Shown: positions 47,287-59,530, numbered from the stretch's first letter. The stretch is DNA of 64,000 nucleotides from Nitrospirota bacterium (GCA_021840255.1 JAKBYX010000011.1:3015-67014); one strand, 5' to 3'. The notes: a model not told the origin generated them from the sequence alone. Translations and numbers: made by a program.

Positions 47287-49116
47287 CTAATCGCCGAAAG
47301 TGACCCTCAGGACCTCTTCTATGGAGGTGATCCCCTCCCGGACCTTGGACAGACCGCTCATGCGCAGGCTCCTCATCCCGGTGCTGATGGACAATTTTTT
47401 TATCTCGTCAGTGGGCGCCCCTTCGAGAATGAGCTGTTTCATCTCATCTCCCACCGGCATGACCTCATAAAGGGCCACCCTCCCTTTGTACCCGGAGCCG
47501 TTGCAGGCGGAGCACCCCTTCCCCTTGTACACCTTGAGCCCGTCCAGCTCTTCTTCCGGGAACCCCACCTTAAGCAGGGCCTGGCGCGGGGCGGGCTCCT
47601 CTTCCCTGCATTGCGTGCAGATCCTGCGGGCCAGTCTCTGGGCAAGGATGAGTATTACCGAACTTGAGACCAGGAAAGGTTCGATGCCCATGTTGAGGAG
47701 CCTGTTTATGGTCCCCGGGGCGTCATTGGTGTGGATCGTGCTTAGGACCAAATGGCCGGTGAGCGCAGCTTTCACGCCGATCTCCGCCGTTTCAAAGTCC
47801 CTTATCTCGCCCACCATGATTATGTCCGGGTCCTGTCTTAAAAAGGACCTCAGGGCGGAAGCGAATGTGAGCCCGATGTCCTCGCGGACATGCACCTGGT
47901 TAATACCCAGGAAGTTGTATTCCACCGGGTCCTCGGCGGTCATTATATTCGTTCCAGGCTTGTTCAGATAGTTCAGGGCCGAATACAAGGTGGTGGTCTT
48001 TCCGCTTCCGGTAGGGCCGGTGACCAGTATCATTCCGTACGGTTTGTCCAGGGCCGCCATGAAATCCCTGAGCGCTTTTTCATCAAACCCCAGCTTGGTA
48101 AGGTCCACCTGCAGATTGGCTTTGTCCAAAAGCCTCAAAACGGTCTTCTCGCCAAAAAGACACGGCAGCACAGAGACGCGGAAATCTATCTCCCTTTTTT
48201 TTCCCAGTTTCAGTTTTATCCTGCCGTCCTGGGGGAGCCTTCTTTCCGCTATGTCCAGCTTGGACATTATCTTGAGCCTGGATGTGAGGGCGGCCCTTAT
48301 TTTCAGAGGGAGGTTCATTACCGTATAGAGCACGCCGTCAACACGGTAGCGCACGCGAAGGGCCGTTTCATAAGGCTCTATGTGAATGTCGCTGGCCCGC
48401 GCCTTTATCGCGTTTACCAGGATGCCGTTTGCCAGCTTCACGATGGGGGCCTCGACATCCTTGACTACCTCCGTGTCTTCCCTTTCCTCCACGGCCTCGA
48501 TGTCGTCCAGCGCACTGCCGACCACCTTGTCGAACTCCTCCACGTCCACCATGGAATCAAGGGACATCCCTTCATCGCTGTCGTCAACAGCCTCTTTTTC
48601 CTCCATGACGAAATCTTTTGCCTCAAGGATCTTTGCGGTGGCCCCGCCATCGCCGGCTGACGCTGATTTTTCCTGCTGTTTTCCCGCCCCTCCGTAATAG
48701 CCGGTTATGGCAGATGATATATCGGTTTCCCCCGCAAGCACGACCTCCACGTTGTAGCCGGTCATGAATTTCACATCGTCTATGGCGAATACATTAGAGG
48801 GGTCCGCGCTTGCGATGGTGAGGGTTGCCCCCACCCTGAGGACCGGAACGATCTGGTATTTTTTTGCCATGTCGGCCGGAATAAGCTTGATTATGGCAGG
48901 GTCTATCTTTGTCTCGGACATCTTTATTGCCGCTATGCCGTATTGCCTGCTCAGGAAATTAAGAAGGTCTGCCTCGGTAATATAGCCAAGGTGGATAAGG
49001 GCGCTGCCCAGTCTCATCCCTTCGCGCCTTTGAAGGGCCAGGGCCTGTTTGAGTTGTTCTTCGGTAACTACCTGGAAGGAAAGGAGCATCTGGCCCAGCT
49101 TAGTAGTCGTCGACAT
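47287..49116 (-). CDS. pilB: Type IV-A pilus assembly ATPase PilB
   Basis: MshEN-like N-terminus (KLGQML, RLGSALI), ASDIHIEP, DIAERRLPQDG, GPTGSGKTTT, tetra-Cys motif. Confidence 0.95.
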   Translation of the reverse strand: MSTTTKLGQMLLSFQVVTEEQLKQALALQRREGMRLGSALIHLGYITEADLLNFLSRQYGIAAIKMSETKIDPAIIKLIPADMAKKYQIVPVLRVGATLTIASADPSNVFAIDDVKFMTGYNVEVVLAGETDISSAITGYYGGAGKQQEKSASAGDGGATAKILEAKDFVMEEKEAVDDSDEGMSLDSMVDVEEFDKVVGSALDDIEAVEEREDTEVVKDVEAPIVKLANGILVNAIKARASDIHIEPYETALRVRYRVDGVLYTVMNLPLKIRAALTSRLKIMSKLDIAERRLPQDGRIKLKLGKKREIDFRVSVLPCLFGEKTVLRLLDKANLQVDLTKLGFDEKALRDFMAALDKPYGMILVTGPTGSGKTTTLYSALNYLNKPGTNIMTAEDPVEYNFLGINQVHVREDIGLTFASALRSFLRQDPDIIMVGEIRDFETAEIGVKAALTGHLVLSTIHTNDAPGTINRLLNMGIEPFLVSSSVILILAQRLARRICTQCREEEPAPRQALLKVGFPEEELDGLKVYKGKGCSACNGSGYKGRVALYEVMPVGDEMKQLILEGAPTDEIKKLSISTGMRSLRMSGLSKVREGITSIEEVLRVTFGD

Positions 49117-49232
49117 TGCCTAAAAATATAAATAAATCATCGGTATATTGTCAATGAAACACGTCACAAAAGGTCAGGAAAAACCAAAGGGGAAAAAATT
49201 TCCGAGCACGGCCTTTCCGCTAACGCGCGAAA

Positions 49233-49478
49233 TCAATCAATGATCTCGTAGCTCCACTCCTCTATCACCGGGTTGGCAAGCAGTTTTTCGCACATCTGCC
49301 TGATGGCGGGACCGGCTTCTTCAGCTTTCATCCCCGGTGCAAACGTTATCTCAATGAGTTTCCCCACCCGCACATCGGCCAGCCCCCTGGCCCCCAGCCC
49401 CTGAAGGCCCGAAAGGACCGCCTTGCCCTGAGGGTCAAGCACGGAGTCCTTTAATCTGACAAATACCCTGGCTTTCAT
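49233..49478 (-). CDS. purS: Phosphoribosylformylglycinamidine synthase subunit PurS
   Basis: LKDSVLDPQG, VRVGK, MCEKLLANPVIE. Confidence 0.95.
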   Translation of the reverse strand: MKARVFVRLKDSVLDPQGKAVLSGLQGLGARGLADVRVGKLIEITFAPGMKAEEAGPAIRQMCEKLLANPVIEEWSYEIID

Positions 49479-50845
49479 TTTTTTGTCCTGCCTCCCACTT
49501 TCCGTTTGCCGGCGGCAGAGCTTTTTCCTCTGGCTGGCTTTAAAGCGCCTTCGCCCTGAAAGACCCTGCCGAATATATAATCCACGTTTTTGAGGTAAGG
49601 CCCCATGGAGAACAGCCCCTTGAGCGCTTTCCGTCCCAGGCGCCCTGTAACCTCACTGTCGGCCAGGAGGAGTTTCAGGAAACTTTCCCCTTTTCCCCAG
49701 CTTTTCATTGCGTTTTTCTGCACAAGCCTGTAAGCGTCTTCCCGCGACATCCCTTCCCCGGTGAGCGCCAGAAGCACACGCTGTGAATTATAAAGGCCGT
49801 GGCTTCGCTCCATGTTGGCCCTCATTCTCTCGGGATAAACAAGCAGGCCGTCCAGAAGGCCGGTGAGCCTGGCCAGCATGTAGTCAGCCAGTATGGAGCT
49901 GTCTGGTATGATCACCCGTTCCACGGAGGAATGCGAGATGTCCCTTTCATGCCAGAGCGCGATGTCCTCCAGTGCGGCCACGGCGTTTGAACGCACTATC
50001 CTGGCAAGGCCTGAGAGGTTTTCCGCGCCTATGGGGTTTCTTTTGTGAGGCATCGCGGAGGAACCCTTCTGGCCCTTGGCGAAGGGCTCTTCCGCCTCCA
50101 GGACCTCGGTGCGCTGAAGGTGCCTTATCTCTACGGCGATCTTCTCTATGCCTGCGGCAACCAGGGCCAGGGCAAGCAGGTATTGCGCATGCCTGTCCCT
50201 CTGTATCACCTGTGTGGCCACGGGCTCCGGCTTAAGGCCCAGGCTCCGGCATACGTTTTCTTCTATCTCCGGAGGGATGTTGGAAAAAGTCCCGACCGCC
50301 CCGGAAAGCTTCCCCGTGCTTATGACCTGCCTGGCCTCCCTGAGCCTGTCCAAATTCCTGCGCATGTCCTCATGCCAGAGGGCGAATTTAAGCCCAAGTG
50401 TCATGGGCTCCGCGTGCACGCCGTGGCTTCTGCCCATACAGACCGTATCTTTGTGGACAAGCGCCTGTTTTTTCAGGACCGCCAGAAGGTCTTTTATATC
50501 TTTTATAATGATGTCCGAGGCAGCCCTCATCTGCAGGGCCAGGGCGGTGTCCACGACATCCGAAGACGTTAGCCCCATGTGTATGTACCTGGAGGACGGT
50601 CCCACCTTTTCAGCCACGCTCGTTAAAAAAGCGATAACGTCGTGCTTTACGCTGGCCTCTATCTCCTCTATCCTTGCGGTATCAAAACCGGCCTTCTGCC
50701 TTATCTCCTTGAGAGCCCCAGCCGGTACGCGGCCCAAAGCCCCCCATGCCTCGCATACGGCTATCTCCACCTCAAGCCATTTTTCATATTTGCTTTCTAT
50801 CGTCCACAGGCGGCCCATCTCCGGCCTTGTGTATCTGGATATCAT
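49475..50845 (-). CDS. purB: Adenylosuccinate lyase
   Basis: MISRY, HDVIAF, H.GLTSSD, GRSHGVHAEP, GSSAMPHKRNP, LWHERDISHSSVER. Confidence 0.96.
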   Translation of the reverse strand: MISRYTRPEMGRLWTIESKYEKWLEVEIAVCEAWGALGRVPAGALKEIRQKAGFDTARIEEIEASVKHDVIAFLTSVAEKVGPSSRYIHMGLTSSDVVDTALALQMRAASDIIIKDIKDLLAVLKKQALVHKDTVCMGRSHGVHAEPMTLGLKFALWHEDMRRNLDRLREARQVISTGKLSGAVGTFSNIPPEIEENVCRSLGLKPEPVATQVIQRDRHAQYLLALALVAAGIEKIAVEIRHLQRTEVLEAEEPFAKGQKGSSAMPHKRNPIGAENLSGLARIVRSNAVAALEDIALWHERDISHSSVERVIIPDSSILADYMLARLTGLLDGLLVYPERMRANMERSHGLYNSQRVLLALTGEGMSREDAYRLVQKNAMKSWGKGESFLKLLLADSEVTGRLGRKALKGLFSMGPYLKNVDYIFGRVFQGEGALKPARGKSSAAGKRKVGGRTKK

Positions 50846-50990
50846 TTTTTTGCCTTTGCACCCTCAGGGGAATTTTTTACTTTTGAAATTACAAGCACGG
50901 AATATTTTACACGTTGGCGGTGGCCGCTGTAAACGTGCGGGCGGATGTATACTGCGTCACCAATGTGGGGCAAACAGGTTTTTCTCCTTC

Positions 50991-51049
50991 GTCATTGTCC
51001 CGAAAATGCCATGACGAGATTGCCACGGGGTTCGCGCCCCTCGCAATGA
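50991..51049. repeat. GAGATTGCCACG..CTCGCAATGA palindromic repeat (REP/RPE-like), partial
   Basis: gagattgccacggggttcgcgcccctcgcaatga hairpin arm at 51016-51049 plus a left-end gtcattg at 50991. Confidence 0.6.
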
Positions 51050-51292
51050 TGGCAATGAAACGGTATTCATTCCTGAAAGAGGCCGCAAGCCCCTCGTAGT
51101 GCCCTTGGTAAGTTCTGATGCCCGCGCGAAGCTTTTTGAGCATTTCCAGGCGGCGCTTCAGTTCATATTAACCTCACCCTTATGACTTCATAAATCCTCG
51201 CATACCCGGAATGAGCCGGATGATGCTTTGTCCTGCCGTTTCAGGTTATACTAATAGGCTAATCTGGAAAGTGAGGTTTTAAAAATTTAGGG

Positions 51293-53113
51293 ATGACGGT
51301 AAAGAGAGACGATCTTCGCAACATTGCCATAATAGCCCATGTCGACCATGGGAAGACCACACTGGTGGACGCCATGCTGCGCCAGTCCGGTATATTCAGG
51401 GCCAACCAGCAGGTGGAAGAGCGCGTCATGGACAGCATAGACCTTGAGCGCGAGAAGGGCATCACCATAATGGCCAAGAACACGGCGGTGAAGTACGGAG
51501 GGTACAATATAAACATAGTGGACACCCCCGGCCATGCCGATTTTGGGGGCGAGGTGGAGCGCACGCTCAAGATGGTTGACGGCGTCCTTCTGCTTGTCGA
51601 CGCCTCGGAGGGTCCGCTTCCCCAGACCAGGTTCGTCCTTAGAAAGGCCCTTGAGCTGAAGCTTACGCCTATCCTGGTCATAAACAAGATAGACAGGCCG
51701 GACGCGCGCATCCAGGAGGTTTTGAACGAGGTCTATGACCTCTTCATAGACCTGGACGCGGAAGAAAACCAGCTCGATTTCCCGATAGCCTACACGAACG
51801 CGAAGGCCGGGGTGGCTACAACGGACCTGAGCGTCCCCGCGGAGGACTTAAGACCTCTTTTCGACCTTATCATCAAGCACATACCGGCTGCCGAGTTCGA
51901 GGAGGATGCCCCTTTGCAGCTCCTGGTCACAAATATAGATTATGACGACTACAAGGGCAGGCTTGCGATAGGCCGGATATTCTCCGGGCGCCTGGAGCAC
52001 GGCAACCCCGTTGCCATAATAGGCAAGGATGGGGAGCTTAAAAACGCCAAGGTCTCCGCCATGTACGGCTTCGAGGGGCTAAAAAGAGTGCAGATAGAGA
52101 CCGCCAGGGCCGGGGACATAATCTCGCTTGCAGGGATCGAGGGGATAAACATAGGAGACACCATCGCGTATCCGGACAACCCGGTGGCGCTGCCAAGGAT
52201 AGCGGTGGATGAGCCCACCATCTCCATGGTCTTTTCCATAAACTCCTCCCCGTTCGCGGGCAAGGAGGGGAAGTTCGTCACCTCCAGGCACCTGAGGGAG
52301 CGGCTTGAAAAAGAGCTCCTTTACAACGTGAGCATCCGTGTGGATTTCAGCAGCGCGGACGCCTTCACCGTGATGGGCAGGGGAGAGCTGCAGCTGGCCA
52401 TCCTTATTGAGATGATGCGGCGCGAGGGCTACGAGCTTTCGGTCTCGATGCCCGAGATAATCACAAAAAGGGAAGACGGTGTTTTGAAGGAGCCGATGGA
52501 GCACCTGGTCATAGACATCCCGGAGGAGCATGTGGGCGTCATAACCCAGCAGGTGGGCATGAGGAAGGGCAAGATGCTCAAGATGCAAAACAATAACCAC
52601 GGAAGGGTGCGGCTGGAGTACCAGGTCCCTTCAAGGGGGCTCATAGGGTTTCGCTCCCAGTTCCTTATAGACACCAAGGGCACGGGTCTTCTGAACCACA
52701 TATTCATGGGATACGAGCCCTGGCAGGGCCCCATGTCCAAGCGGCAGACCGGGGCGCTGGTTGCCGACAGGAAAGGGGGATCCACCGCGTACGCGCTTTT
52801 CCATCTTCAGCCCAGGGGCACGCTCTTCATAAGCGACGGCGTGCAGGTATATGAAGGCATGATCGTAGGAGAGAACTCGCGAGAGGTGGACATAGACGTA
52901 AACGTCACGAAAGAGAAAAAGCTCACGAACATGAGGGCATCCAATGCCGATGAGGCGTTGAGGCTCGTGCCCCACAGGGTGCTTTCCCTTGAGCAGGCTC
53001 TGGAGTTCATAAAAGAGGACGAATTGGTCGAGGTCACCCCTGAGTCCATAAGGTTAAGGAAGAAAGTCCTGGACCACCAGAAGCGTCCGAAACGGCAGGA
53101 AGCCCCCGAATAA
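51293..53113 (+). CDS. typA: Translational GTPase TypA/BipA
   Basis: [63 protein letters not shown]. Confidence 0.97.
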   Translation: MTVKRDDLRNIAIIAHVDHGKTTLVDAMLRQSGIFRANQQVEERVMDSIDLEREKGITIMAKNTAVKYGGYNINIVDTPGHADFGGEVERTLKMVDGVLLLVDASEGPLPQTRFVLRKALELKLTPILVINKIDRPDARIQEVLNEVYDLFIDLDAEENQLDFPIAYTNAKAGVATTDLSVPAEDLRPLFDLIIKHIPAAEFEEDAPLQLLVTNIDYDDYKGRLAIGRIFSGRLEHGNPVAIIGKDGELKNAKVSAMYGFEGLKRVQIETARAGDIISLAGIEGINIGDTIAYPDNPVALPRIAVDEPTISMVFSINSSPFAGKEGKFVTSRHLRERLEKELLYNVSIRVDFSSADAFTVMGRGELQLAILIEMMRREGYELSVSMPEIITKREDGVLKEPMEHLVIDIPEEHVGVITQQVGMRKGKMLKMQNNNHGRVRLEYQVPSRGLIGFRSQFLIDTKGTGLLNHIFMGYEPWQGPMSKRQTGALVADRKGGSTAYALFHLQPRGTLFISDGVQVYEGMIVGENSREVDIDVNVTKEKKLTNMRASNADEALRLVPHRVLSLEQALEFIKEDELVEVTPESIRLRKKVLDHQKRPKRQEAPE

Positions 53114-53233
53114 CGGGGAACAGGTAAAGGACGTCCCCGGGACGGCGGCTGGAAAATAAAAAGTCCCGGCTGGGGTATAATTAAGCGAAAAATCAAATCA
53201 AATCAAAAACTCTTTTGTTGAGGAGTACGTTTT

Positions 53234-54391
53234 ATGACAAGAATCTTCAAGATAGAGCCTTATCACAGGGAGCTGATATCCAAGACCTCGCTCCTTAATT
53301 TCCTCTCTTTCCTGGACACCAATGAAGTTGAGCTGCCGGTGCTCCTTATGGACAGCGAACGGCTTAAAAAAAAGGCGAGTGCCGTCGGAAAAAATATAAG
53401 GAATTCGAAGGTGTTCTATGCCGTAAAGGCCAATGCCGCCGACGGGGTCATAGAGCTTTTGGACGGCATGAGTCTGAATTTCGAGATCGCAAGCGAAGGT
53501 GAGCTTGAGCCGCTGGAAAAAGTGGGCGTCTCAGCGGACAGGATCATTACGAGCAACCCTGTAAAGACGTTCAAGTTCCTCAAAAAGGCGGCGGAATACG
53601 GCATAAAATACTATGCCTATGATTCCAAAGACGAAGTGGACAAGATCGCGGCCATGGTGCCAGGCGCAAAGGTCTACGTCAGGCTTTCGGTCCCCAATGA
53701 GGGCAGCGAGTGGCCCTTGAGCAAGAAATTTGGGGTGGAGATAGACGACGGCATCTCCCTGATATCATATGCCGCCCAGAAGGGGCTCGATCCCGTTGGC
53801 ATTACCTTCCATGTGGGCTCCCAGTGCACAAACATTTATAACTGGGACAACGCACTGTACAAGGCTAAGGTCCTCTGGGACCTAGCCGCTCAAAAGGGCA
53901 TAAGGATGAGGGTCCTCAATATTGGCGGCGGCTATCCCGTGAAGTACACAAAGAATGTTGTGGACATAGAGGAGATAGAAAAGAACATAGACGGTTTTAT
54001 AAAGGACCTCTTCCCGCCGGATATCGATGTTTTTATAGAGCCGGGCAGGGGGGTTGTCGGTGACGCGGGTGTTTTTGCGTGCCAGGTCATCGGTAAATCC
54101 AAGCGTGGGGACGAGAACTGGCTGCACATCGACGTGGGCGTCTTCAACGGCCTCATGGAGAGCATCGGCGGCATAAAATACAGCTATATCCTTGAGGACA
54201 CGGGCGGCAGCAAAAAGAGCTGGACGATAGCCGGGCCAAGCTGCGACGGCTTCGACGTTATAGATAGAAATGTGATGCTCCATGAGCCTGAGATAGGGAG
54301 CATGGTGCTCATCCTGTCCTGCGGGGCATATACCAACTCGTATGCGTCGGAGTTCAACGGGTTTTCAATACCTAAGACCTTGCTTATTTAA
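53234..54391 (+). CDS. Type III PLP ornithine/lysine decarboxylase
   Basis: FYAVKAN, IASEGE, PLSKKFG, FHVGSQC, NIGGG, EPGR, GPSCDG.D, GAYT..Y.S.FNGF. Confidence 0.9.
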   Translation: MTRIFKIEPYHRELISKTSLLNFLSFLDTNEVELPVLLMDSERLKKKASAVGKNIRNSKVFYAVKANAADGVIELLDGMSLNFEIASEGELEPLEKVGVSADRIITSNPVKTFKFLKKAAEYGIKYYAYDSKDEVDKIAAMVPGAKVYVRLSVPNEGSEWPLSKKFGVEIDDGISLISYAAQKGLDPVGITFHVGSQCTNIYNWDNALYKAKVLWDLAAQKGIRMRVLNIGGGYPVKYTKNVVDIEEIEKNIDGFIKDLFPPDIDVFIEPGRGVVGDAGVFACQVIGKSKRGDENWLHIDVGVFNGLMESIGGIKYSYILEDTGGSKKSWTIAGPSCDGFDVIDRNVMLHEPEIGSMVLILSCGAYTNSYASEFNGFSIPKTLLI

Positions 54392-54409
54392 GGGGGAGCA
54401 AAGATAAAG

Positions 54410-55276
54410 ATGATAAAATTTTTCGAAAATGCGCCTTTTGTCCCGGTCCAGTGCGGCTACACGGTAGATAAGATCCTCCATAAGGAGAAGAGCCGGTTCC
54501 AGGAGATAATGGTCATAGAGAACTCCGATTTCGGCAGGATGCTCCTTCTGGACGGCGTTGTGCAGATGACAGAGGCCGATGAGTTTTTTTACCACGAGAT
54601 GATCACGCATGTGGTGCTGCACGCCCATCCCGAGCCGAAGAAGGTGATCGTAATAGGCGGCGGGGACGGCGGCGTGGTGAGAGAGGTCCTCAAGCACAAA
54701 AGCATAGAGCGGGTATATTTCATAGAGATAGACGAAAAGGTCATTGATGTGTCCAGGAAGTTTTTCCCCGGCATCTCGCGCGGAAATGACGATCCCAGGG
54801 TGGAGATAAGGCCCATGGACGGGGCGGAATTCGTGAGGAAAGCCCCCAAGGCGAGCATAGACGCAATAATCGTGGACTCAACCGATATCATAGGCTTTGC
54901 CCGGAGCCTTTACACGAAGGATTTCTTTGCATCGGTCAGAAACTGCCTAAAGGAAGACGGTTTTTTTGTCACCCATTCCGAATCCCTCATGTTTCACAGG
55001 GAAACGGTCGTAAAGGTCCAGAATATCCTTAAAAATGCCTTTCCGGTAGTGGACCTGTACGCTACCCCGATAGCCACCTACCCCGGCTATTGGTGGACAT
55101 TCGCGGTTGGCTCCCTCTCCCTGGACCCGCGCAAGACAAGGCGCCCCTTCGAGATAGAGACCAGGTACTATGACGACGAGATACACGCCCAGTCCTTCCT
55201 CACCAGGAAATTCTACGACAGGCTGATGTCAGACAGCCTTGATTGGGGCATCAAAGCCAGGATCGAAAAAGATTAG
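54410..55276 (+). CDS. speE: Spermidine synthase (polyamine aminopropyltransferase)
   Basis: S.FQEI, LDGVVQ.TE.DEFFYHE, IGGGDGG, EID, IVDSTD. Confidence 0.92.
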   Translation: MIKFFENAPFVPVQCGYTVDKILHKEKSRFQEIMVIENSDFGRMLLLDGVVQMTEADEFFYHEMITHVVLHAHPEPKKVIVIGGGDGGVVREVLKHKSIERVYFIEIDEKVIDVSRKFFPGISRGNDDPRVEIRPMDGAEFVRKAPKASIDAIIVDSTDIIGFARSLYTKDFFASVRNCLKEDGFFVTHSESLMFHRETVVKVQNILKNAFPVVDLYATPIATYPGYWWTFAVGSLSLDPRKTRRPFEIETRYYDDEIHAQSFLTRKFYDRLMSDSLDWGIKARIEKD

Positions 55277-55389
55277 GGGGAAGTGACAGCGTCGAATGGC
55301 GCTAGTTTAATCTGTTGCAGCATGAAATTCAGCAGATTTATACACATATTTTAATCCAACTGGGAATTCACTACCAGTGAACTTCTTTG

Positions 55390-55469
55390 TTGTCATTCCC
55401 GCAAGCGCCAGCGCGTCGGGAATCCTTCCGAAAAGGCGGGGTCCGATTCCGGACAAGCCGGAATGACAA
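55390..55469. repeat. Complete GTCATTCC..GGAATGAC double-hairpin palindromic repeat (REP/RPE-like)
   Basis: ttgtcattcccg..cgggaatc spacer gattccggacaagccggaatgacaa; terminal inverted repeat ttgtcattcc/ggaatgacaa. Confidence 0.8.
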
Positions 55470-55561
55470 ACTGCGAATCTTCATGAAAGAATCAAAGGTA
55501 TTATTTTTTGAATCCGCGGATTTCCCTTTTGCTTCTCTTTGAATACCCGTTATTTTTCCCC

Positions 55562-55591
55562 TTGACAGCCCGGTCCATAAGTTGCTAAATT
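55562..55591 (+). promoter_or_regulatory. Sigma70 promoter of the hrcA operon
   Basis: TTGACA at 55562 and extended -10 TGcTAAATT directly before the CIRCE. Confidence 0.65.
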
Positions 55592-55594
55592 AGT

Positions 55595-55621
55595 TTAGCA
55601 CTCTCGATGCATGAGTGCTAA
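55595..55621. promoter_or_regulatory. CIRCE element (HrcA operator)
   Basis: Perfect TTAGCACTC-N9-GAGTGCTAA upstream of hrcA-grpE-dnaK. Confidence 0.97.
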
Positions 55622-55669
55622 AAAGATGGCGGGACAGTTGCCCTGAACGCAAAAGGGAGCAGAGGTAAA

Positions 55670-56686
55670 ATGCTTAACGAGCGCACCGAGAAGGTGCTGT
55701 TTGCGATAGTGGAGAGTTTTATAAACACCAATGAACCGGTTGGCTCCAGGTTCATAACGAAGACATATTCGTTCAACCTGTCTCCGGCCACTATAAGAAA
55801 CATCATGGCGGACCTCGAAGAGTTCGGGTTTCTTGCCCAGCCCCACACGTCGGCAGGCAGGGTCCCTACGGACAGGGGATATCGTTTTTATGTGGACTGC
55901 CTTTCCAGGTACCACGAGGCGGAGGACGCCTTTCTGGAGTCTTTCATATCCCGGCTTGAGGCCACAAGGGAAGACCTGAACGGGCTGCTGGAGGGGTCGG
56001 CAAGGACTTTGTCGGAGCACTCAAGGTATCTGGGGCTGGCCGCGCCCATGAAATCGGGCAGGACCACGCTGAACCGGATAGAGCTTTTCAGCTACAGGGC
56101 GGACTACATAGCCGTCGTGCTGCTTACGGACGAGGGGCCGATAAAGCACAAGATCATAAGGGCCGGGCAGAGGCTTTCGCCTAAAACGCTGAGGCGCATA
56201 TCCGATTACCTGAACCAGGAGTTCTCCGGTTACACGGTTGATGAGATACGGCTTAAACTTATAAAAGAAATGTCGAGGGAGAAGGCGTTATGTGATATCC
56301 TGATAACCAAGGCTGTGGAGATATGCCGCGAGGCGCTCACCTTTCCTCCCGGCGAGATCTATGTGTGCGGTTTCTCCGATTTTATTGGCCTTCCGGATTT
56401 TTCCAGCCGCATAAGGGAGATAGCCGGAGCCATAGAGGACAAGCATTTCATGCTTAAACTCCTGGAGCAGGTGGGGGCCGAAGTGGAGGGCCCTTCGGTG
56501 CTCATCGGTTCGGAAAACCCCGCCAAGGAGATGAAGGACCTTAGTCTGGTCGTTTCCACCTATAAACAAGGCGGCAAGATAGCTGGAAGCATAGGCGTAA
56601 TAGGCCCCACGAGAATGGATTATTCAAGGGCCATAGCCATGGTCCAGACCGCCGCCAGATTCATTACGGAGGCGCTTTCACGATGA
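55670..56686 (+). CDS. hrcA: Heat-inducible transcription repressor HrcA
   Basis: EPVGS, SPATIRN.MADLEE, PHTSAGRVPT..GYRFYVD, GVIGPTRMDY. Confidence 0.96.
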   Translation: MLNERTEKVLFAIVESFINTNEPVGSRFITKTYSFNLSPATIRNIMADLEEFGFLAQPHTSAGRVPTDRGYRFYVDCLSRYHEAEDAFLESFISRLEATREDLNGLLEGSARTLSEHSRYLGLAAPMKSGRTTLNRIELFSYRADYIAVVLLTDEGPIKHKIIRAGQRLSPKTLRRISDYLNQEFSGYTVDEIRLKLIKEMSREKALCDILITKAVEICREALTFPPGEIYVCGFSDFIGLPDFSSRIREIAGAIEDKHFMLKLLEQVGAEVEGPSVLIGSENPAKEMKDLSLVVSTYKQGGKIAGSIGVIGPTRMDYSRAIAMVQTAARFITEALSR

Positions 56687-57240
56687 AAAGGAGCCGGAAA
56701 ACCAAAATGACGGATGAAAACGATCTGGGCAAGCAGCATGAGGGCGCTGGCGTGGAAGAGGGGTTGATAGAAGAGAGGCCCCCGGAAGAGGTGATCGCCG
56801 CGCATGAAAAGGAGCTGGAGGAAGAAAAGGGCAAGTATCTCCGGCTCTATGCTGAATTTGAGAATTACAAGAAGCTGGCCGCCAGGGACAAAGAGGAGAT
56901 AATCAAGCGCGCCGGAGAGGACATTATCACGGAGCTCCTCCCAACGTTTGACAACCTGGAGACCGCCTTGAAGCATGCCACCGGCGAGCCCACCGGGCTC
57001 TCCCAAGGAGTGGAGATGACCTTCAGGGAACTTAAAAGGGTGCTTGAGAAATGGGGGCTGAAACCCATCGATGCCCTCGGAAGGCCCTTTGACCCCCGGT
57101 ATCATCACGCCATTTCCCAGGCGGAGCGGGATGATGTGGAAGATAACACGGTTGTGGAAGAATTGCGTACCGGCTACATGCACAACAGTAAAGTCCTCAG
57201 GGCTTCGCTTGTCGTTGTGTCCACGAAGAAGGAAAAGTAA
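56683..57240 (+). CDS. grpE: Nucleotide exchange factor GrpE
   Basis: YLRLYAEFENYKK, LLP..DNLE.AL, FDP..H.A, GY....VLR.S.V.V. Confidence 0.95.
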   Translation: MKRSRKTKMTDENDLGKQHEGAGVEEGLIEERPPEEVIAAHEKELEEEKGKYLRLYAEFENYKKLAARDKEEIIKRAGEDIITELLPTFDNLETALKHATGEPTGLSQGVEMTFRELKRVLEKWGLKPIDALGRPFDPRYHHAISQAERDDVEDNTVVEELRTGYMHNSKVLRASLVVVSTKKEK

Positions 57241-57330
57241 ATTCAGGCTTTAGGAATTTTTTAATGCGTTTTAATTGAAAAATTTCAGAAAAGAAAAATC
57301 AAAAAAAAATATGAAGGAGGACTTAATAGA

Positions 57331-59265
<1,935 letters not shown>

Positions 59266-59271
59266 AATGAA

Positions 59272-59302
59272 GTAGACCGGGCGCAGCAAGTAGCGCCCCT
59301 AC
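59272..59302. repeat. GTAG-type REP-like element
   Basis: gggcgc-agcaagta-gcgccc-ctac; the reverse complement begins GTAGGGGCGC. Confidence 0.55.
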
Positions 59303-59329
59303 AAACCATAACCGGCCCGTAACTCTTGT

Positions 59330-59362
59330 AAATAAGGCAGGCGCTGTCCTGCCTTATTTTTT
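59330..59362 (+). terminator. Terminator after dnaK
   Basis: aaataaggcagg-cgctgt-cctgccttattt followed by a T run. Confidence 0.85.
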
Positions 59363-59530
59363 ATTTTTTTTAAGGCATGGGGGCACGAGCGGTAAAACCA
59401 AGATGTTAAAATAAGTTGAAATGGTAAAATAGAAAAAAGAAGGCCCGCGCTTGGCTGAATCGGCTTGGTTTTATTAAAAAAGGTATATAGAAACTTGAAA
59501 TTACTTGAAGGCAAATAAAATAATATAAAG

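Noticed and set aside
51158-51166. ATG-AAC-TGA as the start of a selenoprotein
   Set aside because: The read-through frame is not protein-like and no convincing SECIS hairpin follows the TGA
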